From positions 1 to 32,574 of IMG/VR virus record IMGVR_UViG_3300030708_001735: a stretch of DNA of 32,574 nucleotides; one strand, written 5' to 3'. Each line of letters begins with the position of its first letter. Position 1 is the stretch's first letter. This DNA is from a virus. Taxonomy: Duplodnaviria > Caudoviricetes. A program made the position numbers and the translations under genes. Positions 14,960 to 25,874 of the stretch are shown here, piece after piece. The notes under the pieces are model-generated. The model was not told the origin of the DNA and ran no database searches. It saw nothing but the letters and a program-made list of their open reading frames with translations.

Positions 14960-16469
14960 AGAACTAATATTCGGACCACCAGGATGTGGTAAGACATATA
15001 CTTTGATTGATATAGTTAAAGAAGAGTTAGGCAGAGGCACACCGCCAGATAAGATTGCATTTGTGTCCTTTTCTAAAAAATCTATAGAAGAGGCCAAAGA
15101 TCGTATATCTGAACAAACTAAATTATCACTCAAAGATGTTCCATGGTTCAAGACTCTACATTCAACTGGCTATCATTGGTTAGGTCTTAATGATTCTAAC
15201 ATGTTAACTCGTGCAGACTTTACTAAGTTGGGCGAGGAACTTGGAGTTATATTTGATGGTAATACTGCAAGATCTAATAGTGATGGTGTGCTTCTGCAAT
15301 CTTTTAATAAAGGTAATCAGTATCTAGAACTTATTGGTAGGGCAACTATGAGAGAAGTATCCCTGGATCAAGAATACAATGACAATGGCGATTATCAACT
15401 AAGCTATTCTTTTTTGAAAAAAGTAAACAAGGTATACAAAGAATATAAGAAAGAATACGACAAGCGAGACTTTACAGACATGATACAAGATTTTGTGTAT
15501 CAAGATACTGCACCATCAATTGATGTGTTGATAGTTGATGAAGCACAAGATTTAACAAAGCTTCAATGGTCAATGATCGATGTCCTAAAAAAATCAGCCA
15601 AACGTGTATGGTATGCAGGAGATGATGACCAGGCAATACATGCATGGAATGGTGTTGATGTAAAAAATTTTATGAACTCATGCTCTAACATAAGAATCTT
15701 GGATCAGAGCTACAGAGTTCCGATGTCCGTGCATGGCATAGCAGATAAGATTGTAAAAAGAATTAATGTAAGACAACGAAAAGACTGGAATCCAACAACA
15801 CATGATGGATTGGTGGATTATCACATGAATTGGTATGATGTAGATATAGACGAGGGGTCATGGACTATCATGGCAAGAACTAACAAGATCGTTAGTAAGA
15901 TAGAAACAAGTTTACGTGATAGTGGTTATTTATATGAGCGGTATGGTCAGATATCATTTGATAATCAGTACACACAGTTCATAAAAATGTGGGAAGATTT
16001 ACGTGAAGACAAACCTATAGCCTTGGATATGATCAAGCAGTTTTATGGGTTTGTACCAAAGCAAGGCAAGAATCAAGTGGTTAAGAGAGGATCGGCTAAA
16101 ACATTAGATTATTTAGATCCACAAAGTAGTTTAACATATAACGAACTTGTGGCTAATCATGGATTGGTTGCAGCTAAGTCTATGAGATCTGAGGATGTTG
16201 TAAACATGTCAGAAGATGATCAGACATATAGGGCAGCCATATTACGAAGGGGAGAGGATCTAGATAAGCCTCGTATTAAACTATCGACAATACATCAGAT
16301 GAAAGGCGGAGAGGATGACAATGTAATATTGTTATCTGAGTCATGCTATCCTGCAGTCAATGCACCTAATCAAGATGATGAACATCGTGTGTTTTATACG
16401 GGGGTTACTAGAGCAAAGCATAACTTACACATAGTAGATTCATTTGGAAAGTATAGGTACATGATATGA
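14952..16469 (+). CDS. UvrD/Rep-like SF1 helicase
   Basis: GPPGCGKT, DEAQD, GDDDQAI, QSYR, STIH..KG.E and YTGVTRAK motifs. Confidence 0.92.
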   Translation: MDEELIFGPPGCGKTYTLIDIVKEELGRGTPPDKIAFVSFSKKSIEEAKDRISEQTKLSLKDVPWFKTLHSTGYHWLGLNDSNMLTRADFTKLGEELGVIFDGNTARSNSDGVLLQSFNKGNQYLELIGRATMREVSLDQEYNDNGDYQLSYSFLKKVNKVYKEYKKEYDKRDFTDMIQDFVYQDTAPSIDVLIVDEAQDLTKLQWSMIDVLKKSAKRVWYAGDDDQAIHAWNGVDVKNFMNSCSNIRILDQSYRVPMSVHGIADKIVKRINVRQRKDWNPTTHDGLVDYHMNWYDVDIDEGSWTIMARTNKIVSKIETSLRDSGYLYERYGQISFDNQYTQFIKMWEDLREDKPIALDMIKQFYGFVPKQGKNQVVKRGSAKTLDYLDPQSSLTYNELVANHGLVAAKSMRSEDVVNMSEDDQTYRAAILRRGEDLDKPRIKLSTIHQMKGGEDDNVILLSESCYPAVNAPNQDDEHRVFYTGVTRAKHNLHIVDSFGKYRYMI

Positions 16470-16732
16470 AAAGAGAGAACGTATTAGCTAAGGCGGGACA
16501 ACTTATCACGGGCGATAGAGCAAGGGATTATGGGGATGCCTATGAAAATCATGAAAGAGTTGCTACTATGTGGTCAGCAATATTAGGTATTAAAGTTTCT
16601 GTAAGAATGGTGTATCTTTGTTTATTGGCATTGAAGATTTCACGTTTAGTGAAAACACCTGGTCATACAGATTCGTGGGTCGATATCTGTGGATATGGTG
16701 CACTTGGAGCAGAAGAGAAGGACGATAAGTGA
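16466..16732 (+). CDS. DUF6378-like protein
   Basis: I.GDR..DYG, MWS..LG, LK.SR and DSWVD.CGY motifs. Confidence 0.8.
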   Translation: MKRENVLAKAGQLITGDRARDYGDAYENHERVATMWSAILGIKVSVRMVYLCLLALKISRLVKTPGHTDSWVDICGYGALGAEEKDDK

Positions 16733-18618
16733 AAGATAAAAACACAATAAGTTTCTTAGAACGTATGGAAATGAATACGTTAGAAAAAGAATGGACAGTG
16801 CCTCAATCCTTTCCAGACCTTACTAACTCTAAATATATAGCCATCGACTTAGAAACATGTGATCCAAACTTAATTGAACTTGGCCCAGGATGGACACGTA
16901 ACGATGGGTTTATCGTGGGAGTAGCTGTCGCAGCGGGGGATTTCGTGGGATATTATCCCTTTCGGCACAAAGGTGGTGGGAATATACCAGAAGAAAAAGT
17001 TTTTACCTGGCTTAGAAAACAGATGGATACACCACATATACCTAAGATTATGCACAATGCAATGTATGATGCAGGATGGCTTAAGTGGGCAAATGTGGAT
17101 GTAAAAGGCAAGATTATTGATACAATGATTGCTGCTCCACTTATTAATGAAAACAGATTTAGTTTTGCCTTGAATGCCTTGGGTCGTGACTATCTTGGCG
17201 AACGTAAAGATGAAAAGGTATTGAAGTCTGCGGCCAAAGACTTTGGTTTAGATCCAAAAAAAGAATTATGGAAACTACCATCACAGTTTGTAGGCACTTA
17301 TGCAGAACAAGATGCAGCTTTGACACTTAGATTATGGAATCACTTTGAGCCACTAATCAATAAAGAAGAACTATCAAGTATATTCGAATTAGAAACAAGT
17401 CTTATACCTTGTGTATTTGAGATGAGAAGTAAAGGTGTACGTGTAGACTTAGATAAGGCAGAGCAGATTAAAACTAAATTACTTACTATGAAGAAACAAA
17501 TACTCAAAGAAATAAAAGATGATACCAACATAGATGTGGAACCATGGGTGGCGACAAGTGTAGCTAAAGTATTTGACTATCATAATATTCATTACGATGA
17601 GACGGATAAGAGCAAACAAGCATCATTTACAAAAGCCTGGTTACAAAATTGTCCACATCCTATTGCCGCTAAGGTATTAAGACTACGTGAACTAGACAAA
17701 GCACATAATACATTCATTGATAGTATATTGAAACATAGTTACAAAGGCCGAATACATTGTGAGTTGCATCAACTGCGTAATGACGATGGTGGCACAGTGA
17801 CAGGTAGGTTTAGTTCGTCTAATCCTAATCTTCAGCAAATACCATCAAGAGATCCAGAGATTAAGAAAATGATTCGGGGTCTGTTTATACCTGAAGAGGG
17901 CGAGAAGTGGGGCAGCTTTGATTATAGTAGCCAAGAGCCAAGGTTATTGGTCCACTATTGTGGGGTCGTGAACAAAGGTAATCCTACTGTGGATAACATT
18001 ATAGAACAGTATCAACAAGACGATGTTGACTTTCATCAAATGGTTGCAGATATGGCAAACATATCTAGAAAAGAGGCTAAGACAGTTAATCTTGGTATTA
18101 TGTATGGTATGGGCAAACAGAAACTTGCCAACACTTTAGATATTAAATTAGAAGAGGCTAACGAACTACTAGATACTTATCATCGTAAAGTTCCATTTGT
18201 TAAACAACTTGCAGATCAAGTAATGTCACGTGCACAAAAGATGGGTAGGGTACGAACTGTATTAGGCAGATCATGTAGGTTTGATATGTGGGAGCCAAAG
18301 ACATTTGGTTATAATCAACCCTATAAGTTTGAAGAAGCTGAAAAGAAATATGGTCCAGGTATTAGACGAGCATTTACCTATAAGGCCCTAAATAGATTGA
18401 TACAAGGCAGTGCAGCAGATCAAACAAAGAAAGCCATGGTTGACTGTTACAAAGAGGGTTTAGTGCCTTTGCTTACAGTACATGACGAACTTTGTTTTAG
18501 TATAAGTTCACAAAAGCAAGCAGATAAGATTACTGAGATCATGGAACAAGGTCTTGAACTAAATGTCCCAAGTAAAGTTGACCAAGAGTTAGGTAATGAT
18601 TGGGGCGAGGTTGGTTAA
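16729..18618 (+). CDS. polA: Family A DNA polymerase with 3'-5' exonuclease (Leu762 type)
   Basis: DLET exonuclease I, HNAMYD, TGRFSS.NPNLQQIP, DYSSQEPR, AKTVNLGIMYG, IQGSAAD and VHDEL; GTG start. Confidence 0.95.
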   Translation: MKDKNTISFLERMEMNTLEKEWTVPQSFPDLTNSKYIAIDLETCDPNLIELGPGWTRNDGFIVGVAVAAGDFVGYYPFRHKGGGNIPEEKVFTWLRKQMDTPHIPKIMHNAMYDAGWLKWANVDVKGKIIDTMIAAPLINENRFSFALNALGRDYLGERKDEKVLKSAAKDFGLDPKKELWKLPSQFVGTYAEQDAALTLRLWNHFEPLINKEELSSIFELETSLIPCVFEMRSKGVRVDLDKAEQIKTKLLTMKKQILKEIKDDTNIDVEPWVATSVAKVFDYHNIHYDETDKSKQASFTKAWLQNCPHPIAAKVLRLRELDKAHNTFIDSILKHSYKGRIHCELHQLRNDDGGTVTGRFSSSNPNLQQIPSRDPEIKKMIRGLFIPEEGEKWGSFDYSSQEPRLLVHYCGVVNKGNPTVDNIIEQYQQDDVDFHQMVADMANISRKEAKTVNLGIMYGMGKQKLANTLDIKLEEANELLDTYHRKVPFVKQLADQVMSRAQKMGRVRTVLGRSCRFDMWEPKTFGYNQPYKFEEAEKKYGPGIRRAFTYKALNRLIQGSAADQTKKAMVDCYKEGLVPLLTVHDELCFSISSQKQADKITEIMEQGLELNVPSKVDQELGNDWGEVG

Positions 18619-19061
18619 GTAGATATGTTCTCCATACGATTAACTAACCTTTCTGCACGTTTGGTTACTTGATTGTACCACTTGGAGGAACGCATCTCAG
18701 ATGCAGCGGCTTTCCAGTCGCCCTTGTTAACATTTTCACGCATACGGATAAATTTAGATAAACGAGGTCGTCCAAGATTAAACATCATATTAGCAATAAT
18801 TAATTGTGCTTCTTCTGGTAAATCGTCAAAGTTGTCATACAATACTTTGCACTCATCCAATGTTACTTGTATGTCCTTATCAAACAATTCATTAACACGT
18901 TCTTCTGATACTGGTGTGCCAACTGGCTTACCATGTTCTTCATCCCACTCAGTGACAAGATGTCCTATACCAATTGTGGGTAAATTTAAATGATCGAGAT
19001 ATATGGCATTAACACATCCCTCATCTCTTTTAAGTTCTTCTCTTAATTGTTCTATGTTCAT
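18615..19061 (-). CDS. T4-type lysozyme (GH24)
   Basis: Catalytic E-x8-D-x5-T in DEGCVNAIYLDHLNLPTIGIGH; NMMFNLG; SKWY.QV..RA.RL. Confidence 0.92.
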   Translation of the reverse strand: MNIEQLREELKRDEGCVNAIYLDHLNLPTIGIGHLVTEWDEEHGKPVGTPVSEERVNELFDKDIQVTLDECKVLYDNFDDLPEEAQLIIANMMFNLGRPRLSKFIRMRENVNKGDWKAAASEMRSSKWYNQVTKRAERLVNRMENIST

Positions 19062-22000
19062 TGACTTCCTACTGTTGCTCTAGTTACGGGGTTTGGTACT
19101 AATATTGGATTGACACCACCCGTAGATCCTACATTAGCGGGTGGCTGAATGTTAGGTATATTTATATTCTGTATGTTAGTTATCGCTTTATTAACTTGTG
19201 GTTGTAATCTTTGTTTTTGTAAATTTAATAAAGGTCTAGCCTCTTCTTCGGCTTGTGTTGTGCTTAGTTGTCCACCACGGATGGTAGCAGCAGAAGTTAA
19301 AGCTAACATGGTCTGAAAACCTTGAGCTATTGGATCATTAGCTTTGAATTTACCAGATAAAAATTCTTTAACTGTATTTGGTTTTCTACTTGCCATCATC
19401 ATTTTAAGAACTGTTGGGTTACGTAAAGCTTTAGACATTATTGCATAACCAGCAGCGGTTGAAGCAGTAGCAAGCGGATTCATAATAAAAGCAATAGACG
19501 ATAAAGCTAGAGCAATTTGTGGTGCAGCAAGTCCACCTTTTCCAGTTATACTAGCATTAGATACCTTCACCATTTGTTCAGCTAAAGCATTAAGACCTTC
19601 ATTAGCACCTTTTCCAAACATTTCATCGATAGTTTCTGGACCATAAGTTCTTAAAACATTTTGAAATTTTGTGCCTAACCTACCAGATTTAAATGCATCA
19701 AGAAAATCATCCGTCATTTTTACTGCACCTTGATCATCAACTGTAGCACCTATTTGTTTAAGTATTCTACCCATTGCAGCATCTTGTACATTTTGAAATG
19801 TATTTGGATTTAACACTCTTTTTGCTCTTCTTATACTAGCTACGTCACTAAAGACATTAGCTGCTAACACATCTGGATTATTTGTAGTTTGTAATAATTG
19901 AGTAAACTGATCTTTATTTCTCTTCGCTAAAGATCTTTGTATATCTTTCAATCTCAATAAAGATTGTCCTAAAGGTAATTGTCTTAAATTAGCAATTGCT
20001 TGTGGAGCAAGATTCGCTTTACCTACTTCCAAGGCTTTTAATGTATCTTCTAACTGTTTAAACTCTTTTCTAAATAGTCTATCAACTGTGGTGCCTTTTT
20101 GTCTAATGTTCGCTGCTAATTTAACAGAATCTACAATACGTAATCCTGTTGCAGGATCAACAGATAAAGACTCATTTACCATTTTTTCTAAATATTTTTT
20201 TCCTAATGTTTGTCTTACTTGATCAGCTATTTCAGCACCAGATCCTCTAATTGTTGCTACTTCTGCTGCTTCTCTTTCTAAAATGCCCGCTCTTCTTAAA
20301 ACATCTTTTCTAACACTGTTACTTTGTGGCAAATCAGCGACATCGTTCAAAGCTTGTTTCGCTGATCTACCTCCTAACTGTCTCTTGGCTAAAAAATTTG
20401 CACCTTCATCAAGATCCGTAATACCAGTAATTCTTCCTAAAGCTTTACCTGTTGGTGCTCCTCGTATAGCTCTCATTAATTGTCCAAAAGCTTCTGGATT
20501 GTCTTTTAAAACTATTTCGTTAAATATAAAGTCAGTATTAAGTTGACCTCTATTTGCTTGCTCTATTATTTCAGATACCACAACGTTATCAAATCTTTTT
20601 GTAGCACTTTTGTAAAACTTATTTGTTCTTGACAAAAGTCCTAAGGCCTCTGCTGCTTGTCCTGCGGTAATATCTAGTTTTGGTGCTGCTGATATAAAAG
20701 CCATGCTACCAGGATCTGTAGCTAAAGGTATACCTTTACTCATATTAGATAATGTTAACATAGAATCATCTATTGCATCATCTATAGATTTTTTCAAAGT
20801 TTGTAGTGCACCAACATTTATATCGTTTAATAAAGCAGGATTTTTTGTTGCTTCAAGTAATCCAGTTCTAATCTTAGTGACATCACGTATTGTCGCAAAC
20901 TCTGAACCTTTACCTAAGTCTCTTACCATTCGTGCAAATTTTGTGGTACCAATATCTGCAATGGTATTTTTTTCTAAAGTATTTAAAGCTTGCTTAATAC
21001 CACCAACGGGGACAAATTTTTGTCCACCAAGTGTATCATGTATTTTGGTATATAATTTATCAATATCTTCATCGAACTGACGTTTTCTCATTCTAATCAT
21101 ATCACCAAGATCTTTTGGTATTTGTTTACCAGTTCTAAGATTACCTATAATTTTTTCTATTTCTTTGGTTGTTTCATTATTAAATTTTGCTTGCATGTTT
21201 GCTAATGTTTTATTACCAGACGTATAAAAATCAGAAATATCTTTTCTAACAATTTCACCTAAGTTTTTTACCTGTGCATTATCTGTTATTCCAAAACCTT
21301 GGAGATCTCTTAAAATTAAATTTAAATTTTGTTTTGCAACTTCTTCATTTGGAAAAATACCTTCGTAAACAGCTTGTAATCTATTTAAAATAGGCCTAAA
21401 AGATTCACTCGTTGCACCTGCTACTGTTGGCCTATAATTATTTTCAATATATTCTCTTGCATTTTTCCTTAATATTTCATTTGCTTCTCCACCTGGACCT
21501 TTAATTATGCGGCCAAATAATTTAGACAATCCACGTCCAATGCCTTCACCAGCAAATCCAAATACTCCCTCTATAGCTGAATCTCTGGCAACATCTCCAA
21601 AGCTTTGTTTTTGCAAACCCTCAGCGTACTCAATACCTTCATCAAGCAACTTACCACCCGCAGTTGCTGCACCCACAATCAACATACCTGGTACAAAACC
21701 AACACCAGATGCGGCAATTGTAGCTCCTATACCAGAAACTATTGGAAGTGCAGTTGCACCTGCAAACTCTTTTACATCGTTAAAAGTAAAACCTTCTTCA
21801 TCAATAGCAAGTTCTTTACCCTCTCCTAAACCAAGTTTATTACGTCCATCTTTTGTTAAAATAAATCGTCCTAGGGCATCTGTTCTAAAACCAGTATCAC
21901 CCACTACAGATTGTAAGTATCCTGCCTTTTCTTGATCAGTATCCATTCTGCCAAACTGAAATCTAGAAAATCCTCCAATTGAATCAAGACCAGTATCATA

Positions 22001-22282
22001 ATCAACATCAACTTCTTTATATTCAGCTATAAAGTCTTCATCAGAAATTTTTTCACCAGTCTTGGGATCAACACCAGCAGCAATTAGTTGTTTTCTATAT
22101 TCTTGTATTTCTTCTAATGACGCTGAACCAAAATCTATTTCTGCTACTTTATCGTCAAAACCAGATTCTTGTTGAAAAAAAGACATCACCTCATCTAGTT
22201 GCTCATCTGTAGGATTATCAGTGTCAAGTTCAACTTGTTCTACTTTTTTTGTAAAAGGATTTTCTATTTGAAAAACTGGCAT
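19058..22282 (-). CDS. Large internal virion / DNA-ejection protein (1074 aa)
   Basis: Size, helical composition, Gly/Ala-rich hydrophobic segments and position at the end of the structural operon. Confidence 0.6.
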   Translation of the reverse strand: MPVFQIENPFTKKVEQVELDTDNPTDEQLDEVMSFFQQESGFDDKVAEIDFGSASLEEIQEYRKQLIAAGVDPKTGEKISDEDFIAEYKEVDVDYDTGLDSIGGFSRFQFGRMDTDQEKAGYLQSVVGDTGFRTDALGRFILTKDGRNKLGLGEGKELAIDEEGFTFNDVKEFAGATALPIVSGIGATIAASGVGFVPGMLIVGAATAGGKLLDEGIEYAEGLQKQSFGDVARDSAIEGVFGFAGEGIGRGLSKLFGRIIKGPGGEANEILRKNAREYIENNYRPTVAGATSESFRPILNRLQAVYEGIFPNEEVAKQNLNLILRDLQGFGITDNAQVKNLGEIVRKDISDFYTSGNKTLANMQAKFNNETTKEIEKIIGNLRTGKQIPKDLGDMIRMRKRQFDEDIDKLYTKIHDTLGGQKFVPVGGIKQALNTLEKNTIADIGTTKFARMVRDLGKGSEFATIRDVTKIRTGLLEATKNPALLNDINVGALQTLKKSIDDAIDDSMLTLSNMSKGIPLATDPGSMAFISAAPKLDITAGQAAEALGLLSRTNKFYKSATKRFDNVVVSEIIEQANRGQLNTDFIFNEIVLKDNPEAFGQLMRAIRGAPTGKALGRITGITDLDEGANFLAKRQLGGRSAKQALNDVADLPQSNSVRKDVLRRAGILEREAAEVATIRGSGAEIADQVRQTLGKKYLEKMVNESLSVDPATGLRIVDSVKLAANIRQKGTTVDRLFRKEFKQLEDTLKALEVGKANLAPQAIANLRQLPLGQSLLRLKDIQRSLAKRNKDQFTQLLQTTNNPDVLAANVFSDVASIRRAKRVLNPNTFQNVQDAAMGRILKQIGATVDDQGAVKMTDDFLDAFKSGRLGTKFQNVLRTYGPETIDEMFGKGANEGLNALAEQMVKVSNASITGKGGLAAPQIALALSSIAFIMNPLATASTAAGYAIMSKALRNPTVLKMMMASRKPNTVKEFLSGKFKANDPIAQGFQTMLALTSAATIRGGQLSTTQAEEEARPLLNLQKQRLQPQVNKAITNIQNINIPNIQPPANVGSTGGVNPILVPNPVTRATVGSQ

Positions 22283-24199
22283 TTAATTATCCTTGACTGT
22301 AACAAGTTTAATTACACCATCTTCTCCACGTGAGTATTTTTGACCTTTTTTAAATGTTGGGAGATCTTTACCTAATCTTTTTCTTTCGCTTTCAACTAAA
22401 GTTCCAATTGATTTACCACTTGGAAGAATAAATTCTTGTGCTTGTGCATCGTATGCATTTAGCTTTGATGCATTTTCTATTTGAGCAGTTTGAAATCTCT
22501 CAATAATTTTTCTGCCCTTATCAAGTAATAATTCTTTTGGCATCGCTGTTAAAGCAAAAACTCCACCTTGCATAACTTCCTTGGTAACAAATGCGTCAGC
22601 TAAAAATGATACATCTCTATCAGATATTGAGTTAGCAGATTGATCTCTACCTAATGTAAGTGGAATTAATTGTTGAAATACTTTTTTCATATCAGCAACT
22701 GCAACATCTCTATCAGTATAGCTTTTAGGTGCGTCTTTACCTAAAACTGCTGATGCTCTTGACCATAAACTTTGAAAGGCTGGATTAAATCCAGTAACTT
22801 TCCCACCTGCAACATCTAACATAAATCCCTTTGTTAATTTAATACCATTACTTGCTTCTAACATGCCAGTTGTTGCTTTACTGTAATTTTCAATATATTT
22901 ATCTGTCTTTGCAAGATCTTTAACAGTCATATTTTCTCTAGCTTTTCGAAAAGCTTTAGTATTTGCTGCTTGTTTTTCTAATAAAGCTTTGGCAAATGAT
23001 GTGCTGGTCAAACCAGGAGGAGTGCCATTTTCAGCTAAAAAGGCCTTACTAATAGTGACTTCGTCACCCTCGGCATATGTATTACCTCTCTCATCAGTAA
23101 AACCTTCTGGACCAACAATATACTTTTCAAAATCAAATTGTTTGTTAAAAGTTGATAAAGCTTTTTGTCTTTCGAAAGCTTTATTCTTACCTATTTCACC
23201 TAGGCCATACTGAAGAGCAGATAATTGAACTTGTCTATTAAACTCATCTTTTTTTGCTTTATCCTTTATAAAAGCATCAGCACCTTTTTCTAAACCTTTA
23301 GCTATGTTAGTGACTGCGTCTGGACTGTCACCTGCTGCAACAGAGAAAAACATTTTTGCCAAAGCAAGGTTTTTATCCATGCCTTCATACTTTGGTGCAT
23401 TCTGTGTAAACTCTTGCATTAATTGTTTGAGTTCCGCTTGTTGTTCCTCTGGCGTTCCTTCTTTAACTATCTTTTTAACTTCTTCTTCGTTTTTTATACT
23501 AATTGTACCAAGCTGACCCTCTTGTCTTCTTTTTTGATCATCTAATATTTTTTGTTGTTCTTCAGTTATTGTTGGCTTTACTGGGTCTGGTTTAATTATT
23601 TTTTTCTTATCTGGATCATCACCTGCTATTAAGTTTTCTTCTTCAGCAACGTCTCTTTGTTCTTGTAACACTGGACTTATTTGTCCTTGTTGCATTCTTT
23701 CTTGATCTTTTAAAGTATCTAAAGGATTAGGAGCACCGCTTATTTGTTTAAAGACATCTAACAATTTATCTTGTGAGGGTGCACCTACTGGACTTCCAGT
23801 AACTGCTTGTTGAAATCCTGGTGAGACACCAGTGCTTAATGGACTACCACCCATCATCGATTGTGCTTGTGCAGATTGAAGTGTAGATTCTGGTTGAAAG
23901 ATATTTTCCATTACACCTTGTGGTCTTAAAGGCATTTCTTTAAGACTTAAGCCAGATATTCCACCACCTCTACCTGGTGCCCTAGGTCTTGTTATGCCTA
24001 ATAAATTTATTAATTCTGGATTTATATCTTGTACTGCACCAATTCCAGATGTTGGAATACCTCTGGATCCTCTTGATTTAGTCAAAGGGTTTGTTGCCAT
24101 TAGTGGACTGCCACCTAGTTGAAAACTAGCTACACCACCCATGGCGTTTAATTTGTTACGGGCGTTGCGATTAAACATTTTACGATTCATAAAACTCAT
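22283..24199 (-). CDS. Internal virion / ejection protein (638 aa)
   Basis: Low-complexity N-terminus, coiled coils; second of three consecutive ejection-type genes. Confidence 0.55.
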   Translation of the reverse strand: MSFMNRKMFNRNARNKLNAMGGVASFQLGGSPLMATNPLTKSRGSRGIPTSGIGAVQDINPELINLLGITRPRAPGRGGGISGLSLKEMPLRPQGVMENIFQPESTLQSAQAQSMMGGSPLSTGVSPGFQQAVTGSPVGAPSQDKLLDVFKQISGAPNPLDTLKDQERMQQGQISPVLQEQRDVAEEENLIAGDDPDKKKIIKPDPVKPTITEEQQKILDDQKRRQEGQLGTISIKNEEEVKKIVKEGTPEEQQAELKQLMQEFTQNAPKYEGMDKNLALAKMFFSVAAGDSPDAVTNIAKGLEKGADAFIKDKAKKDEFNRQVQLSALQYGLGEIGKNKAFERQKALSTFNKQFDFEKYIVGPEGFTDERGNTYAEGDEVTISKAFLAENGTPPGLTSTSFAKALLEKQAANTKAFRKARENMTVKDLAKTDKYIENYSKATTGMLEASNGIKLTKGFMLDVAGGKVTGFNPAFQSLWSRASAVLGKDAPKSYTDRDVAVADMKKVFQQLIPLTLGRDQSANSISDRDVSFLADAFVTKEVMQGGVFALTAMPKELLLDKGRKIIERFQTAQIENASKLNAYDAQAQEFILPSGKSIGTLVESERKRLGKDLPTFKKGQKYSRGEDGVIKLVTVKDN

Positions 24200-25074
24200 T
24201 TGCCGAATAATCCACCTAGTAATCCACCAAGGCCACCGCCTCCACCACCGAAGGCTCCTGCAAGACTGGCTACACCACCTAGTAATCCACCAACCTGTGA
24301 TAGTCTACTTGGATCGGGTGTTGTGGTAGTAGTTAATTGAGTTTGTGTTGATGGCACACCTCTAAATATATCTGACATAAATGATAATCTTTGATATGGC
24401 TCAAACTGTCTTTGCGTGGATGTAGCTCGTAGAGCATCTAACTCACTTTGTTGTTGTGCTTGCTCTTGTCCGCCTAATGAGGACAATAACTGAATGTCTC
24501 TTAAGTTTGCTGCTTGTTGTGCTTCACCTAAACCAGCAGTTGCAATACCAGCCTTTGTAAATAATTCAGATGCTTTTTGTGCTCTATCCTGTGCAGACTC
24601 AAATGCTTGTGCACGAAGGCCAGCAGATTGTCTTGCAAATGTATCAGCTAAGTTTCTTTGTAATTCTTGTTCAGCTACTGCTTGTCTTGAACCACCAAAC
24701 GCACCTTGTTGCACTGCTCGACTACCAATTTGTTGTCTTGCAATGTCACCTTGTCTTGTGATATCTGCAAGGTTCTGATCAATTACATTTTCTATAAATG
24801 GATTCATAAAAGCTTGCTGTGATCCTGGTTGTAATGCAGATACGCCCATACCAACAATATCAGCACCACTTTGTAGCATTGGTTGAAACGCACCGATGCC
24901 CCCTACGCCACGTTCTATAGCATCTCTTTGTATAGGGGTTAGTCCTGCTATTTGTATCTCTGGAAACTCAACAGGTTGCGTTGCTGTGTCCCTAACATCT
25001 GTTAAAAGTTTTTCAAGAAAATCCCTTTGATAATCTGGTAAGACTGTTTTTTGTTCAACTGTTGAAACTGCCAT
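24196..25074 (-). CDS. Internal virion / ejection (pilot-like) protein
   Basis: Gln/Ala-rich; FMNPF...V, GAFGGSR and Gly-rich hydrophobic C-terminus. Confidence 0.65.
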   Translation of the reverse strand: MAVSTVEQKTVLPDYQRDFLEKLLTDVRDTATQPVEFPEIQIAGLTPIQRDAIERGVGGIGAFQPMLQSGADIVGMGVSALQPGSQQAFMNPFIENVIDQNLADITRQGDIARQQIGSRAVQQGAFGGSRQAVAEQELQRNLADTFARQSAGLRAQAFESAQDRAQKASELFTKAGIATAGLGEAQQAANLRDIQLLSSLGGQEQAQQQSELDALRATSTQRQFEPYQRLSFMSDIFRGVPSTQTQLTTTTTPDPSRLSQVGGLLGGVASLAGAFGGGGGGLGGLLGGLFGK

Positions 25075-25448
25075 TATGCCATTCCTTCAAACTTGTCCAT
25101 TAAATCATACATAGTTGCTATGCCTTTGTCTATGTTTCCATTACCTGCACCCTTTACAGCCTTTTCTGTAAAAACAAACTCGTTATTAGACAATGCTGCA
25201 CGTTGCACTGGTTTACCATCTTGATATATCATCCCTGGTATACTGTCCGAGGTCCCAGTTCCAGGGCCCTTTAATATACCACCAAACTCTGGAGATCCAC
25301 CTTCCATTAGTGCACGAATACCACCACTATTAGTTGGCGGGTTCTTTTTGGCCATGATTGCATCTTCTAGTTCTTCAATAGAACTATAACCTATACCAGT
25401 ATTTGGATCGTTAAAATTTAATAAACTACTTATACCAGATTCCATCAT
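25074..25448 (-). CDS. Virion-associated hypothetical protein
   Basis: GPGTGTSDSIP...LS..EFV....AV motif. Confidence 0.7.
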   Translation of the reverse strand: MMESGISSLLNFNDPNTGIGYSSIEELEDAIMAKKNPPTNSGGIRALMEGGSPEFGGILKGPGTGTSDSIPGMIYQDGKPVQRAALSNNEFVFTEKAVKGAGNGNIDKGIATMYDLMDKFEGMA

Positions 25449-25484
25449 GTCACAACTCTATCAAAAAAAATAATAATCGTCTAT

Positions 25485-25874
25485 TTATATTCGAGATATC
25501 GCACTCGTTGTCACCCTTGTTTTAGATAACTCTTGTATACTTGCAACGACATGCAGTCTATCTGCTGTCGCAGCTTGAACCTTCAATACTTCACCACTTT
25601 GCAATATTAAATCTTTTGTTAACAATTCTATTGTAGTATTAGCTCCTACTGCTTTGACGTTAAATAAAACAAATGTATCACTTCCACTAACAAGTTGTAC
25701 TGTAATTGTATCAGCGTTACCGCTATCTTCTGCTACTAGAATAGAATTTACTATTGCTGCATTGAAATCGGCATCACTAGGAACTGTAAACAAAGTTGTA
25801 AGATTGGTTGTGGTAAGATCTAACTTTGCGTTTGTAACACCTTGAATATACTGAGGAATACTGGTTATAAGCAT
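25485..25874 (-). CDS. Small tail-associated protein
   Basis: Beta-rich; TAATG-coupled to the upstream tail gene. Confidence 0.7.
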   Translation of the reverse strand: MLITSIPQYIQGVTNAKLDLTTTNLTTLFTVPSDADFNAAIVNSILVAEDSGNADTITVQLVSGSDTFVLFNVKAVGANTTIELLTKDLILQSGEVLKVQAATADRLHVVASIQELSKTRVTTSAISRI

